Source: Aduncisulcus paluster
Lineage: Eukaryota
Assembly: GCA_024181965.1 (NCBI GenBank)
Contig: BQXS01010956.1
Span: forward strand, 1 to 40,798
DNA length: 40,798 bases
Reading direction: 5' to 3'
In this document: positions 10,738-19,372 of the stretch, piece after piece
Layout: the number at the start of each line of letters is the position of its first letter
How positions within the stretch are numbered: position 1 is the stretch's first letter
Notes under the pieces: generated by a model
Database searches by the model: none
Told to the model about the DNA's origin: nothing
What the model saw: only the letters and a program-made list of their open reading frames with translations
Position numbers and translations under genes: made by a program

Positions 10738-13227
10738 ATGGAATCTCCCTTAGATGATCTGGCATTTGCTGCGAAGCTCTTAAAAGCTCAATCAGTCCAA
10801 GAAGGTGATTCTTCTTCTCAACAAAGAGAATCATCATCAGTTTCAAAATCACCTTCTTCAGCTTTATCCTCTATTTCAATGATATCTCCTCCTAAATGTT
10901 CCCATTACGTTGAAGAAATCCATGATGTTCCCCATCGTGTTTCGAGGGGATCTCGACCCTCTATTATTTTAAATTGTGATTTTGTGAAGTTTATTCGCAT
11001 CATTGAAGCTGGTACACCGCCTCCAGCTCATCTACCGCTTGTAACAAGTCAAGAAGTTTTAAATGATAGGACTTTATTAAGTCCTGAAGTTTTTGAGGAT
11101 GAGATTTCAAGAAAATTCGAAGCACAAAAAGCCACTTTGATGGAATTAACAAAAGATCAGTCTATCGATGATTGGCCCAAGCAAACTTCATGTTGTCGTT
11201 CGAAATGCTTATCCCTCATTCCAAATGAACAACGTGCAGCCATTTTATATATTCTTTCAAAAATTACGGACCTTACTACTGCCCGAGAGTTTGTTCGTTC
11301 CAAAATTATTCAATTAGCTTTTGTGGGGAGTGACGCTTCATGTACCGTCTGTTATTCAGCAATTAAAATCATTATGAAGTGTAGTAACGATAAAATTAGA
11401 TTGGCAGTGCGCCATAAACGTGACTTTTTAAATTCAAACATTTCTGATAGTTCTCCCTCCACCTCTATCTCGCCCCCTGAAAAATATATTGCTGATTTCC
11501 CCAAATCTCCTCAAAAATCCGTGCAAACTCCACCAAAGAATTGTTACAAGCCTGATCATATCCATAATTCTCTTCCTACCGAACCCCCCTCTAAAGTGAC
11601 CCCTCAACCCAAATTTCCGGTATTAATATATAATTCCATTGCTAAACATCTCTCAAAAAAGCACAAGCAATACTATTTGCCCGATGGTTTCCCCATATCC
11701 CGTCTGTACCAAACAGTGATCCATGACTTACCTCTCTCCGTATCCTTCCCGTACCCGACTTTCCTCGATTTCATTAATACATACTTCCCTTATATTCGCT
11801 CCACCCACACAGTCCACACCTCCCGTGGCCGATCCATTCTCTCTGCTTGTACTCACGGAGATTATGTTCCTGCTGCTCCCTATAACTCCTTACTCCTCTC
11901 TAGCAAGGACATTCCATTGCATTATCAGCCGTGGAACCCTGTCCCCAGTTCTTATACAGAAGAAAGCAGCCATGTTCAGTCAAAAGATGAGCTTGAAAGG
12001 GACAAGAGAACTCTGGAATCCTCGAAAGCACTCTCTATCACGATCAACCCAGGGAGTGCCCCCGAAAATACAACGTTTGTGACAAGTTCCTTGAAGGAAG
12101 AGGAGGTAGAATCTGCGAACAAACCATCCGAGAGTGAGACAGATGATATTATGACTGAGACTGTTCTGACTCCGCCGGCAGTTCTAGGGTCTTATGAACA
12201 ATCACACAAGAAGTTTCACGCCGATCTGAAGGTTCCTCAAGGGCCTGAGAGATGCCAATATCCAGTGATATCCACGCCAATTGGCATTAATTACTTGATG
12301 GTACCGAGAACTGGTCTTAAGGGATCTCAGGGACAACCCGAGTATGTTTTCCTCGATCAACGCACTCTTCCCCACCCTCAGCTTGTCACTTCCTATGTTC
12401 CTGTGATGCCCTCAGTGCACCTTGGGAAGAGAAGGATATGTCCCTTTAACAATATGTATCCTAGGGAATTTCTTTTGACTCATCAGTCCATGATGAACCC
12501 TCTGTCTGTGATTGGGTCTGGCAAGAGACAATCCTTGACCACTTCCTCTTCTAGCGCACTCTCATGTCCTGATGATAAAGCAATCAAATCGACTGGAGAG
12601 GATATTGAGCAATCAAAGAGTGATGATATCATGTCTTCTGTGACTTCATCCCCTCTTGATGATCCGAGTTCTTGCGTGAACTCTTGGGTCGATTCTCACT
12701 TTGTCAGGAAACAACATTTATTCCACCCTCATCTCCCTACAATCCCTTCTTCTGCTGCTGCCAAGAGCTCCACTAATCCTGCTTCCTGTCCATCAGCTTC
12801 AGCTCCATCATCTGTGGGAAGTGCAATAGACGGTGCCAAGAATATGGCTACTGTCCAACAACCCTGTCTTGTGATGCCACTGTTCACCTCTCTGCCGGTT
12901 CCAGTATTCTCTAATGCTCACTCTGCAGACATTCATGCATCTCAGTTAAGGGTGCCTTCTTTTGAATATGCACGCAGGTATAGACATTTCCAGCAAATTC
13001 GCTCAGTGTTGAAGCAAAACAAGAAGAAAATATTAGCATCTGCCGTTGATAAAGGGTTTGGTGGAAAAGGCAACCCTAGAAAATCGATTGACAGATTTGC
13101 AAAGTCGGAGCACAATGCCGGAAAACCCATATCCTGTGCTTCCATTACTAGTATTCCGCATCAAGAAAACCAGCAACTTGTTATGAATTCTCATGTTCTG
13201 CCCCTTGATGGTATTCCTGAAAAATAA
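10738..13227 (+). CDS. Hypothetical, probably nuclear protein: Sola/DUF7869 transposase-like Cys/helical N-terminal region plus long Ser/Pro-rich disordered tail
   Basis: 829-aa ORF from ATG to TAA with AT-rich flanks. Motifs CCRSKC, VC..AIKIIMKCSNDKI and YYLPDGFPISRLY...YPTFLDFINTYFPYI. Basic patch KQNKKK near the C-terminus. The CDS is confident; the domain call is tentative. Confidence 0.7.
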   Translation: MESPLDDLAFAAKLLKAQSVQEGDSSSQQRESSSVSKSPSSALSSISMISPPKCSHYVEEIHDVPHRVSRGSRPSIILNCDFVKFIRIIEAGTPPPAHLPLVTSQEVLNDRTLLSPEVFEDEISRKFEAQKATLMELTKDQSIDDWPKQTSCCRSKCLSLIPNEQRAAILYILSKITDLTTAREFVRSKIIQLAFVGSDASCTVCYSAIKIIMKCSNDKIRLAVRHKRDFLNSNISDSSPSTSISPPEKYIADFPKSPQKSVQTPPKNCYKPDHIHNSLPTEPPSKVTPQPKFPVLIYNSIAKHLSKKHKQYYLPDGFPISRLYQTVIHDLPLSVSFPYPTFLDFINTYFPYIRSTHTVHTSRGRSILSACTHGDYVPAAPYNSLLLSSKDIPLHYQPWNPVPSSYTEESSHVQSKDELERDKRTLESSKALSITINPGSAPENTTFVTSSLKEEEVESANKPSESETDDIMTETVLTPPAVLGSYEQSHKKFHADLKVPQGPERCQYPVISTPIGINYLMVPRTGLKGSQGQPEYVFLDQRTLPHPQLVTSYVPVMPSVHLGKRRICPFNNMYPREFLLTHQSMMNPLSVIGSGKRQSLTTSSSSALSCPDDKAIKSTGEDIEQSKSDDIMSSVTSSPLDDPSSCVNSWVDSHFVRKQHLFHPHLPTIPSSAAAKSSTNPASCPSASAPSSVGSAIDGAKNMATVQQPCLVMPLFTSLPVPVFSNAHSADIHASQLRVPSFEYARRYRHFQQIRSVLKQNKKKILASAVDKGFGGKGNPRKSIDRFAKSEHNAGKPISCASITSIPHQENQQLVMNSHVLPLDGIPEK

Positions 13228-13565
13228 TCTTAATTATGACACTATACAAACTATGATAATAGTTCTTTGTCCCATTATGACTAAAATGTAAGAGACATTT
13301 TCTGAGTAATCATTTCTTTTGATTGTCCTTATATTTCTTTGAAAATAATATCTAAGAGTGTTTTCGTTTATTTAATCTTGTGTTTTTATTTCATTATATT
13401 AGTCTTTTTTTTTGATGTGATCCTGTTTTTTTTTGACCGATTCTTTATATTTTACTTTATCGGTATTTATTAATATCAGAGACATCGATCTGCGCAAATT
13501 AATGAATGATTTTGTATAAATTTTGAGACTCATTTATTAATCCCGCTTGTTCTTGGAATTATAAT

Positions 13566-13811
13566 TTAAAGATTCTTACTGATAATTCTTTTTTTAGTTT
13601 TGTGTGCGTGTATTGCACGTTTCCTAAGGTTAAAGCCGCGAAATCCTTTATCTGTTGACAGAGTAACTGCTTCAGGTATAATAAAGTAATTCCTTTTGGC
13701 AATGCTTTGAATCGTCAATCTTTTGAGCTCCGCTGCAATGGCCATCCACTTCAGAAACTATCCACAACCACCGTCTCCTATTTCCTCCGCCTAAAACAAG
13801 TATTTTGCCAT
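13566..13811 (-). pseudogene. Possible decayed protein kinase N-terminus fragment
   Basis: GC-richer island in an AT-rich spacer. It reads MAKYLF*AEEIGDGGCG*FLKWMAIAAELKRL..., a GxGxxG-like loop followed by a Lys, with two in-frame TAGs. Confidence 0.25.
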
Positions 13812-14530
13812 AATTATGATGATTTATTATAGTTTAAATAAAATTATTTCTTAAATTACATTGTATCCCTTTGATTTCCAAGATTACAAGCAATTCTATC
13901 TCTTTCTCACCCCTTTCTATTTAAATCGAGACCTATATTGATACAGAATTGCTTTTTTCGTGCAGCTCACTAAGCGTTACTGTGTTATGATTATATCCAC
14001 CCATAAGACATGTCAAAATTAGTGTATATCGGTATCTCCTTCATGGGAATCGCATCCATTGTAGCGAGCTCCCATCCGAGATTGTTTTATTTTTACTGGA
14101 GCAATCATTATTATGAGGGGAAGTATACCAAATAATTTAAGACAAATATAGATATTATTTCTCCTGTTTCCCATGTGTATTGACGATTAGTTATTTTTTT
14201 CGTATATTTGAGAGTATGATGATAATTCCAACCAAAGATGCACTCATTTGTATTGACTATTCTATTATTCGACAAATTTTACCAATTTCACATTAAAATA
14301 TCGGTGAACTTTGATGTTACGACGAGCATCCAAAATCTTCGCCTATTTACGTTTTTCTGAAAGAATATATTTTTTTTTATTATAACTTAATCTTCAACAT
14401 GTTATTATTTTATTTATTTTCTCAAGCAGATGGTTTTGCTGTTCATCACAACAGTTTGTCATTCTTTTCTTGTCACATTTTCTGATAAGATGTACACCAA
14501 GTCACTATCTTTTCTTGAATATTTACTATA

Positions 14531-17500
14531 ATGAGATATCAACGAAATCTCCTTTTCTTTTTCGTTGCTTTAGTTATCCTTATTGTTGTGTCTGCAGAGT
14601 ATGATAGGAGAGGTTCTGACCGCGATAGAGATCAAGAATATTCTATGGATAAATCTCGTGATTCTCGTGGAGGATCAGTGTTTGGTGACTATTGGGAGGA
14701 TTCCTGGGGTGAACGCCGGACTTGGAAAGACTCGATGGATGAAAGAGGCCGTTTTGACACCAAAAAAGAAGACACCAAAAGATATAATCAACATGGTAAA
14801 TGGCAAAAGCATCACCACGAACCAAAGTGTGCTTACTGTGATAACACTCCCGAAGCCGAAATAATGAGTCAATTCTACTATCAAACTGATGGATGGGAAT
14901 GGGCTGGAGAAGATAGCCATTGGCTTGATTGTGACTGTCCTGTTTGTGAGTGGGATGAGGGCATTGAGTGTGAATTTGGTCATATTGTTGCTCTTAATTT
15001 CGAGAACCGTGACTTAGGAGGTCAACTCCCCTGGTTCTTACATTTATTACATCATATTCACTCTGTTAATCTTTCTAATAATCACATTCTTTCACCTCTC
15101 CCAGATGAAATTTGTGATTTGATTCAAAAAGTTGATTATCTTGATCTAGGTAATAATGATCTTACTGGTGACATTCCAGAATGTCTTTGTTCGATTCATC
15201 CTTCTCCCGATAAGTGCCACCCATCTGTTGTGAGGCTCAATGGAAATGATCTCAAATCTTTCCCCGACTGTGAGTGTGAGACCCCATTTTTATCTGAACT
15301 TGATGTTTCTTGCAATAGAATTAAAGAGATTCCTGAATCTTTCGCCCAAGCCGGTATTCGTAACGGTGGAAGTGTTGACATCTTCAAATCTTATAACAAC
15401 GAACTCGAATGCCCTTGCTCTCTTCGTGATGATGAAAACAATGATCCTAACTCCCCATTTGAGTCTTACGTATGTGAAGACATAGAGTGTGATCATTGCC
15501 AAGGTTCTCTTTTCAACGAGTGCCCAGAGTGTATTATCTATGGTGATTGCTGTTACGGATCTCTTGTTCAGAAGAAGGAAGTTGAAATGCTAATTGTTCG
15601 TAGGGATATTCCATTAACTGGATACCGTAAAATCAAACAAAAGAACCGTAAGAAGAATAAGGACAAGTGGTACAAGAATAANNNNNNNNNNNNNNNNNNN
15701 NATGAAAACAATGATCCTAACTCCCCATTTGAGTCTTACGTATGTGAAGACATAGAGTGTGATCATTGCCAAGGTTCTCTTTTCAACGAGTGCCCAGAGT
15801 GTATTATCTATGGTGATTGCTGTTACGGATCTCTTGTTCAGAAGAAGGAAGTTGAAATGCTAATTGTTCGTAGGGATATTCCATTAACTGGATACCGTAA
15901 AATCAAACAAAAGAACCGTAAGAAGAATAAGGACAAGTGGTACAAGAATAAGAGTCAAAGTCAGAAGTGGATCAAGAAAGATGATGAAGATTGTGATGAC
16001 GAAACCCCATCTCCTGGTTCTCATCTTCCATATAATGAACACTCTTCAGGAATGGAAGACTTAGATCACATCTGGAATGATTTTGGAAGAAACAACTCGA
16101 AATCAAAGGACAGAAAAGACAAGAAGGACAGGAAAGACAAGAAGGACAAGAAGGACAAGAAGGACAAGAAGGACAAGGGTAGAGATATGAAGAAGAGAGA
16201 TAACAAGAGAAGAGACAAGAAGTACTACGATTCTCGTTCCGAGTATTCTCGCCATTCTCTCTCTGAGCAATCCTATCATGAGTACTCCCATGAACGTTCT
16301 GAATATTCTGAGCGTTCCTATGATAGACCCCATGTTCGTGGTTTCGACATTATGGATGAGGCTGTATATGCTATTGCTGACATTCTTTATTCCGTTACAA
16401 CTTGCCCAATTGAAGAATTCCCATTCTGGAAATTGTGTGACTGCATTACCATATTTGATAATTCTCTTGACACAATTATTGCTCTCTTGCCTGGTGTGTC
16501 TCTCCAAGTTCTCATTGACTGGCTCCGTGACAACCTTGACACGATGAGAGAGTTATATCCAGATAGCACCTACGATTGGTACAATGTGTATTATCTTCTT
16601 CAATCTCTTGAAAAGAGAATATGTATGTTGGACACTCCTGTTCTTGAGGATTGTGATTTAGATGTTGAGTCTATTTACTATCCTCTTGCAGTTTGTGGAA
16701 TTCTCGATGGTATTGAGTGTGAATGCGCATGTGAATTTNNNNNNNNNNNNNNNNNNNNCTGCATTACCATATTTGATAATTCTCTTGACACAATTATTGC
16801 TCTCTTGCCTGGTGTGTCTCTCCAAGTTCTCATTGACTGGCTCCGTGACAACCTTGACACGATGAGAGAGTTATATCCAGATAGCACCTACGATTGGTAC
16901 AATGTGTATTATCTTCTTCAATCTCTTGAAAAGAGAATATGTATGTTGGACACTCCTGTTCTTGAGGATTGTGATTTAGATGTTGAGTCTATTTACTATC
17001 CTCTTGCAGTTTGTGGAATTCTCGATGGTATTGAGTGTGAATGCGCATGTGAATTTGTGTGTGATGAAGAAGCCCTTATCTGTTCCGAAACTGACCCATG
17101 TCCCGTTTTCAACCCTGATGATTGTGATGACCTTGAGTGTCCTGTTTGTGAGTACATCAATCCTGACCCTGTTGAAATCGAGTGTCCCGTATGTGATCGT
17201 ATCACTGCCATTGCAGAAGAAGCAAGAACTTGTTCTGAAGTTGCCCAGACTGATGACGAATCTACTTGCGACTGCCCTCAAGTCCCTCCATGCAATGTTC
17301 AAGTTTGTCCTGATCCCAACTTGTACTGTTTGGTACCTAAGATTGAGAAGCACAAGAAACACAAGAAACATGAAAAACAAATGAGCCGTAAGGAACGTAG
17401 TGAGTCTGAGTGTTCTTATGAATCTGAGAAATGGTCCGAGTATTCCTGTGAGGATGAAAGGTCAGATCGTCACAACAAGAAGGACAAGAGGTCTGACAGA

Positions 17501-19048
17501 AAGGACAACAAGAGAGATTCCAGGAAGAACCGTAGAGAATCCAGTGAAGAGTGCAGTGATGAGTACTCTCACTTTGAATCTTGTTCTGAACAATCATTCA
17601 AACAGGACAAGAAGAACAAGAGATCTCACCAATCTCGTCAGGAATATTCTTGGAGTGAAGGATATTCTCATGAATGGAGTTCAATGTCAAATGATTATCG
17701 CAAGAAATCCAACAAACGCGATTCCAGAAAGGACAAGAAAGATGACAGGAAGAAAGACAGGAGGGATGATAGAGATCGTCGTGACTACGACAGAGAATCT
17801 CGTGACTACGACAGAGAATCTCGTGACTACGACAGAGAATCTCGTGACTACGATAGAGAATCTCGTGACTACGACAGAGAACCACGTGTTGGAGGAAAAG
17901 CCGCTTGTTTGTATTGCACTTGTCCTACTATTGATGATTGTATATGTCCTCAGCACCGTGAGTGCCCAGAGCTTCCAGAATGCCCTGTTCCTGTCCCTTG
18001 TGCTGACCGTTGTTTCGATATTGCGGATGTTAAGTTCCCTGAACCCAAGTGTCAGCAATGTCCTCATTTCCCCAATGATGATCCTCTTATCACCTACGCT
18101 CCTCCTTGTCCTCAGACATCTGGCACCACCACATGTGAGTGTCAATCACAATCCACTTGTGAAGAACTCAGCTGTGAGCTTCCAATATGCAGTTTTGCTG
18201 ATGTCTGCTCTTCAAGTTGGGAATGCTCCAATTCATGGTCTGGTAGTTTCAGCTGGCACTCATGCCGCTCTAACGAGTCTTCCTGTTTCGGTTCTGATGA
18301 CTGTGAATCCAGTGAGTGTCAAAAATTCCACCACAAGGAAGGAGACAAGAAGTTCCGTCGTGTCTGTAAGACTTGGGACAAACTTGATGACGTGAAGCAG
18401 AAGTGGCAATGGGAAGATGGGAAGGAAGAGAAGCATGGCAGACCTTCTTGCTGTCCTCAGCGCAGAAGGGATGATTGCTCTCGTTCTGAGATGAGCGACC
18501 ACTGGGAAAGAAGTGAGAGAGGAAGAGATAGCATGCGTAGAAAAGATGATAAACAATCCTATTCGATGAGCTGTGAACACACTTCTTGTGAAGAATGGAG
18601 TAAGGATTCCAGACGTTCTTCATCAAAGAACAGGAAATCTCAACGTGATTCTCGTAATGAACGTTCTAGAGGTAGTGAAAGAGATAGTTGGGATGAGAGA
18701 AGTGAGAGAAGCCAACGTGGGTCCAGATCTGAAGAAGAGTCCTTCTCTGCCAAATCATATGGAAGTGGTAAGAAGTCACAGAAATCAAGCAACAAGAGCA
18801 GAGATTCTGACAAAAAGAACAAAGATTATGACAAAAAGGACAAAAAGGACAAAAAACATGGAAAGAAGGAGAATCACAAACATAAGAAACACGATGATAT
18901 CTTCTGTGATAAAGATGGAAAATGCCAAGACAAATACGGAAGGAAACACACCTATTCTGGCCCATGTGATGAAGGTTGTCCTTTCACATGGCACCGCCTT
19001 TTCAACCCATACAAGGATGAATGTCCACAAACCCACAAAAATAAGTAA
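14531..19048 (+). CDS. Giant secreted cyst-wall-protein (CWP)-like protein: signal peptide, CWP-type LRR/Cys domain, alternating charged low-complexity and Cys/Pro-rich modules
   Basis: Hydrophobic signal peptide LLFFFVALVILIVVSA. The region 14837-15560 has FYYQTDGWEW...WL...CEW.GIEC, LRRs including LTGDIPECLC and FLSELDVSCN, and YVCEDIECDHC...CP....GDCCY, matching the layout of Giardia CWP1-3. The true length is about 1309 aa after removing two in-frame gap duplications (90 and 106 codons). Confidence 0.8.
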   Translation: MRYQRNLLFFFVALVILIVVSAEYDRRGSDRDRDQEYSMDKSRDSRGGSVFGDYWEDSWGERRTWKDSMDERGRFDTKKEDTKRYNQHGKWQKHHHEPKCAYCDNTPEAEIMSQFYYQTDGWEWAGEDSHWLDCDCPVCEWDEGIECEFGHIVALNFENRDLGGQLPWFLHLLHHIHSVNLSNNHILSPLPDEICDLIQKVDYLDLGNNDLTGDIPECLCSIHPSPDKCHPSVVRLNGNDLKSFPDCECETPFLSELDVSCNRIKEIPESFAQAGIRNGGSVDIFKSYNNELECPCSLRDDENNDPNSPFESYVCEDIECDHCQGSLFNECPECIIYGDCCYGSLVQKKEVEMLIVRRDIPLTGYRKIKQKNRKKNKDKWYKNXXXXXXXXENNDPNSPFESYVCEDIECDHCQGSLFNECPECIIYGDCCYGSLVQKKEVEMLIVRRDIPLTGYRKIKQKNRKKNKDKWYKNKSQSQKWIKKDDEDCDDETPSPGSHLPYNEHSSGMEDLDHIWNDFGRNNSKSKDRKDKKDRKDKKDKKDKKDKKDKGRDMKKRDNKRRDKKYYDSRSEYSRHSLSEQSYHEYSHERSEYSERSYDRPHVRGFDIMDEAVYAIADILYSVTTCPIEEFPFWKLCDCITIFDNSLDTIIALLPGVSLQVLIDWLRDNLDTMRELYPDSTYDWYNVYYLLQSLEKRICMLDTPVLEDCDLDVESIYYPLAVCGILDGIECECACEFXXXXXXXCITIFDNSLDTIIALLPGVSLQVLIDWLRDNLDTMRELYPDSTYDWYNVYYLLQSLEKRICMLDTPVLEDCDLDVESIYYPLAVCGILDGIECECACEFVCDEEALICSETDPCPVFNPDDCDDLECPVCEYINPDPVEIECPVCDRITAIAEEARTCSEVAQTDDESTCDCPQVPPCNVQVCPDPNLYCLVPKIEKHKKHKKHEKQMSRKERSESECSYESEKWSEYSCEDERSDRHNKKDKRSDRKDNKRDSRKNRRESSEECSDEYSHFESCSEQSFKQDKKNKRSHQSRQEYSWSEGYSHEWSSMSNDYRKKSNKRDSRKDKKDDRKKDRRDDRDRRDYDRESRDYDRESRDYDRESRDYDRESRDYDREPRVGGKAACLYCTCPTIDDCICPQHRECPELPECPVPVPCADRCFDIADVKFPEPKCQQCPHFPNDDPLITYAPPCPQTSGTTTCECQSQSTCEELSCELPICSFADVCSSSWECSNSWSGSFSWHSCRSNESSCFGSDDCESSECQKFHHKEGDKKFRRVCKTWDKLDDVKQKWQWEDGKEEKHGRPSCCPQRRRDDCSRSEMSDHWERSERGRDSMRRKDDKQSYSMSCEHTSCEEWSKDSRRSSSKNRKSQRDSRNERSRGSERDSWDERSERSQRGSRSEEESFSAKSYGSGKKSQKSSNKSRDSDKKNKDYDKKDKKDKKHGKKENHKHKKHDDIFCDKDGKCQDKYGRKHTYSGPCDEGCPFTWHRLFNPYKDECPQTHKNK
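15432..15951. repeat. 250-bp exact direct duplication flanking a 20-N gap (probable scaffolding artefact)
   Basis: 15432-15681 equals 15702-15951, with N at 15682-15701. The offset of 270 keeps the frame. Confidence 0.9.
16109..16177 (+). repeat. 9-bp coding tandem repeat (GACAAGAAG-like; DKK/DRK)
   Basis: About 8 imperfect units encoding DRKDKKDRKDKKDKKDKKDKKDK. Confidence 0.85.
16441..17056. repeat. 298-bp exact direct duplication flanking a 20-N gap (probable scaffolding artefact)
   Basis: 16441-16738 equals 16759-17056, with N at 16739-16758. The offset of 318 keeps the frame. Confidence 0.9.
17780..17881 (+). repeat. 21-bp coding minisatellite x5 (RDYDRES)
   Basis: CGTGACTACGACAGAGAATCT repeated five times, with one synonymous GAT variant and a truncated last unit. 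Confidence 0.95.
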
Positions 19049-19372
19049 TTTTCCTGTTTTTTTGAAAAATTATTCTTACTTGTAGCTTCATTATCATCTA
19101 ACATTAAGTAAATGAATGAGATTATTTCCAATCAACTTTTTTCTGTATCTTCGTAATCTTGTGAAATTTATTGATTTCTTACAACTTTTCTTTATCAAAT
19201 ACTCATTTTAATGTTGATTTATACAAACGAATCAAATTATTCTTTTGATTTTCAATAAAACAGCATTTTCTCGCGAAATCAAATATTTTGCAAATTTATT
19301 TAATTCCCAAGTTGCATATTTTTTCATAGACATTTATATTATTTTAATATTTTTTTGTATTAATATTAGATT

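Noticed and set aside
15432-17056. Apparent internal domain duplications in the CWP-like protein
   Set aside because: Both are exact copies abutting fixed 20-N gaps, the same pattern as at 31000-31361, so they are best explained as unmerged contig overlaps.
17780-17881. CRISPR-like array
   Set aside because: These are contiguous coding repeats without spacers, in a eukaryotic gene.
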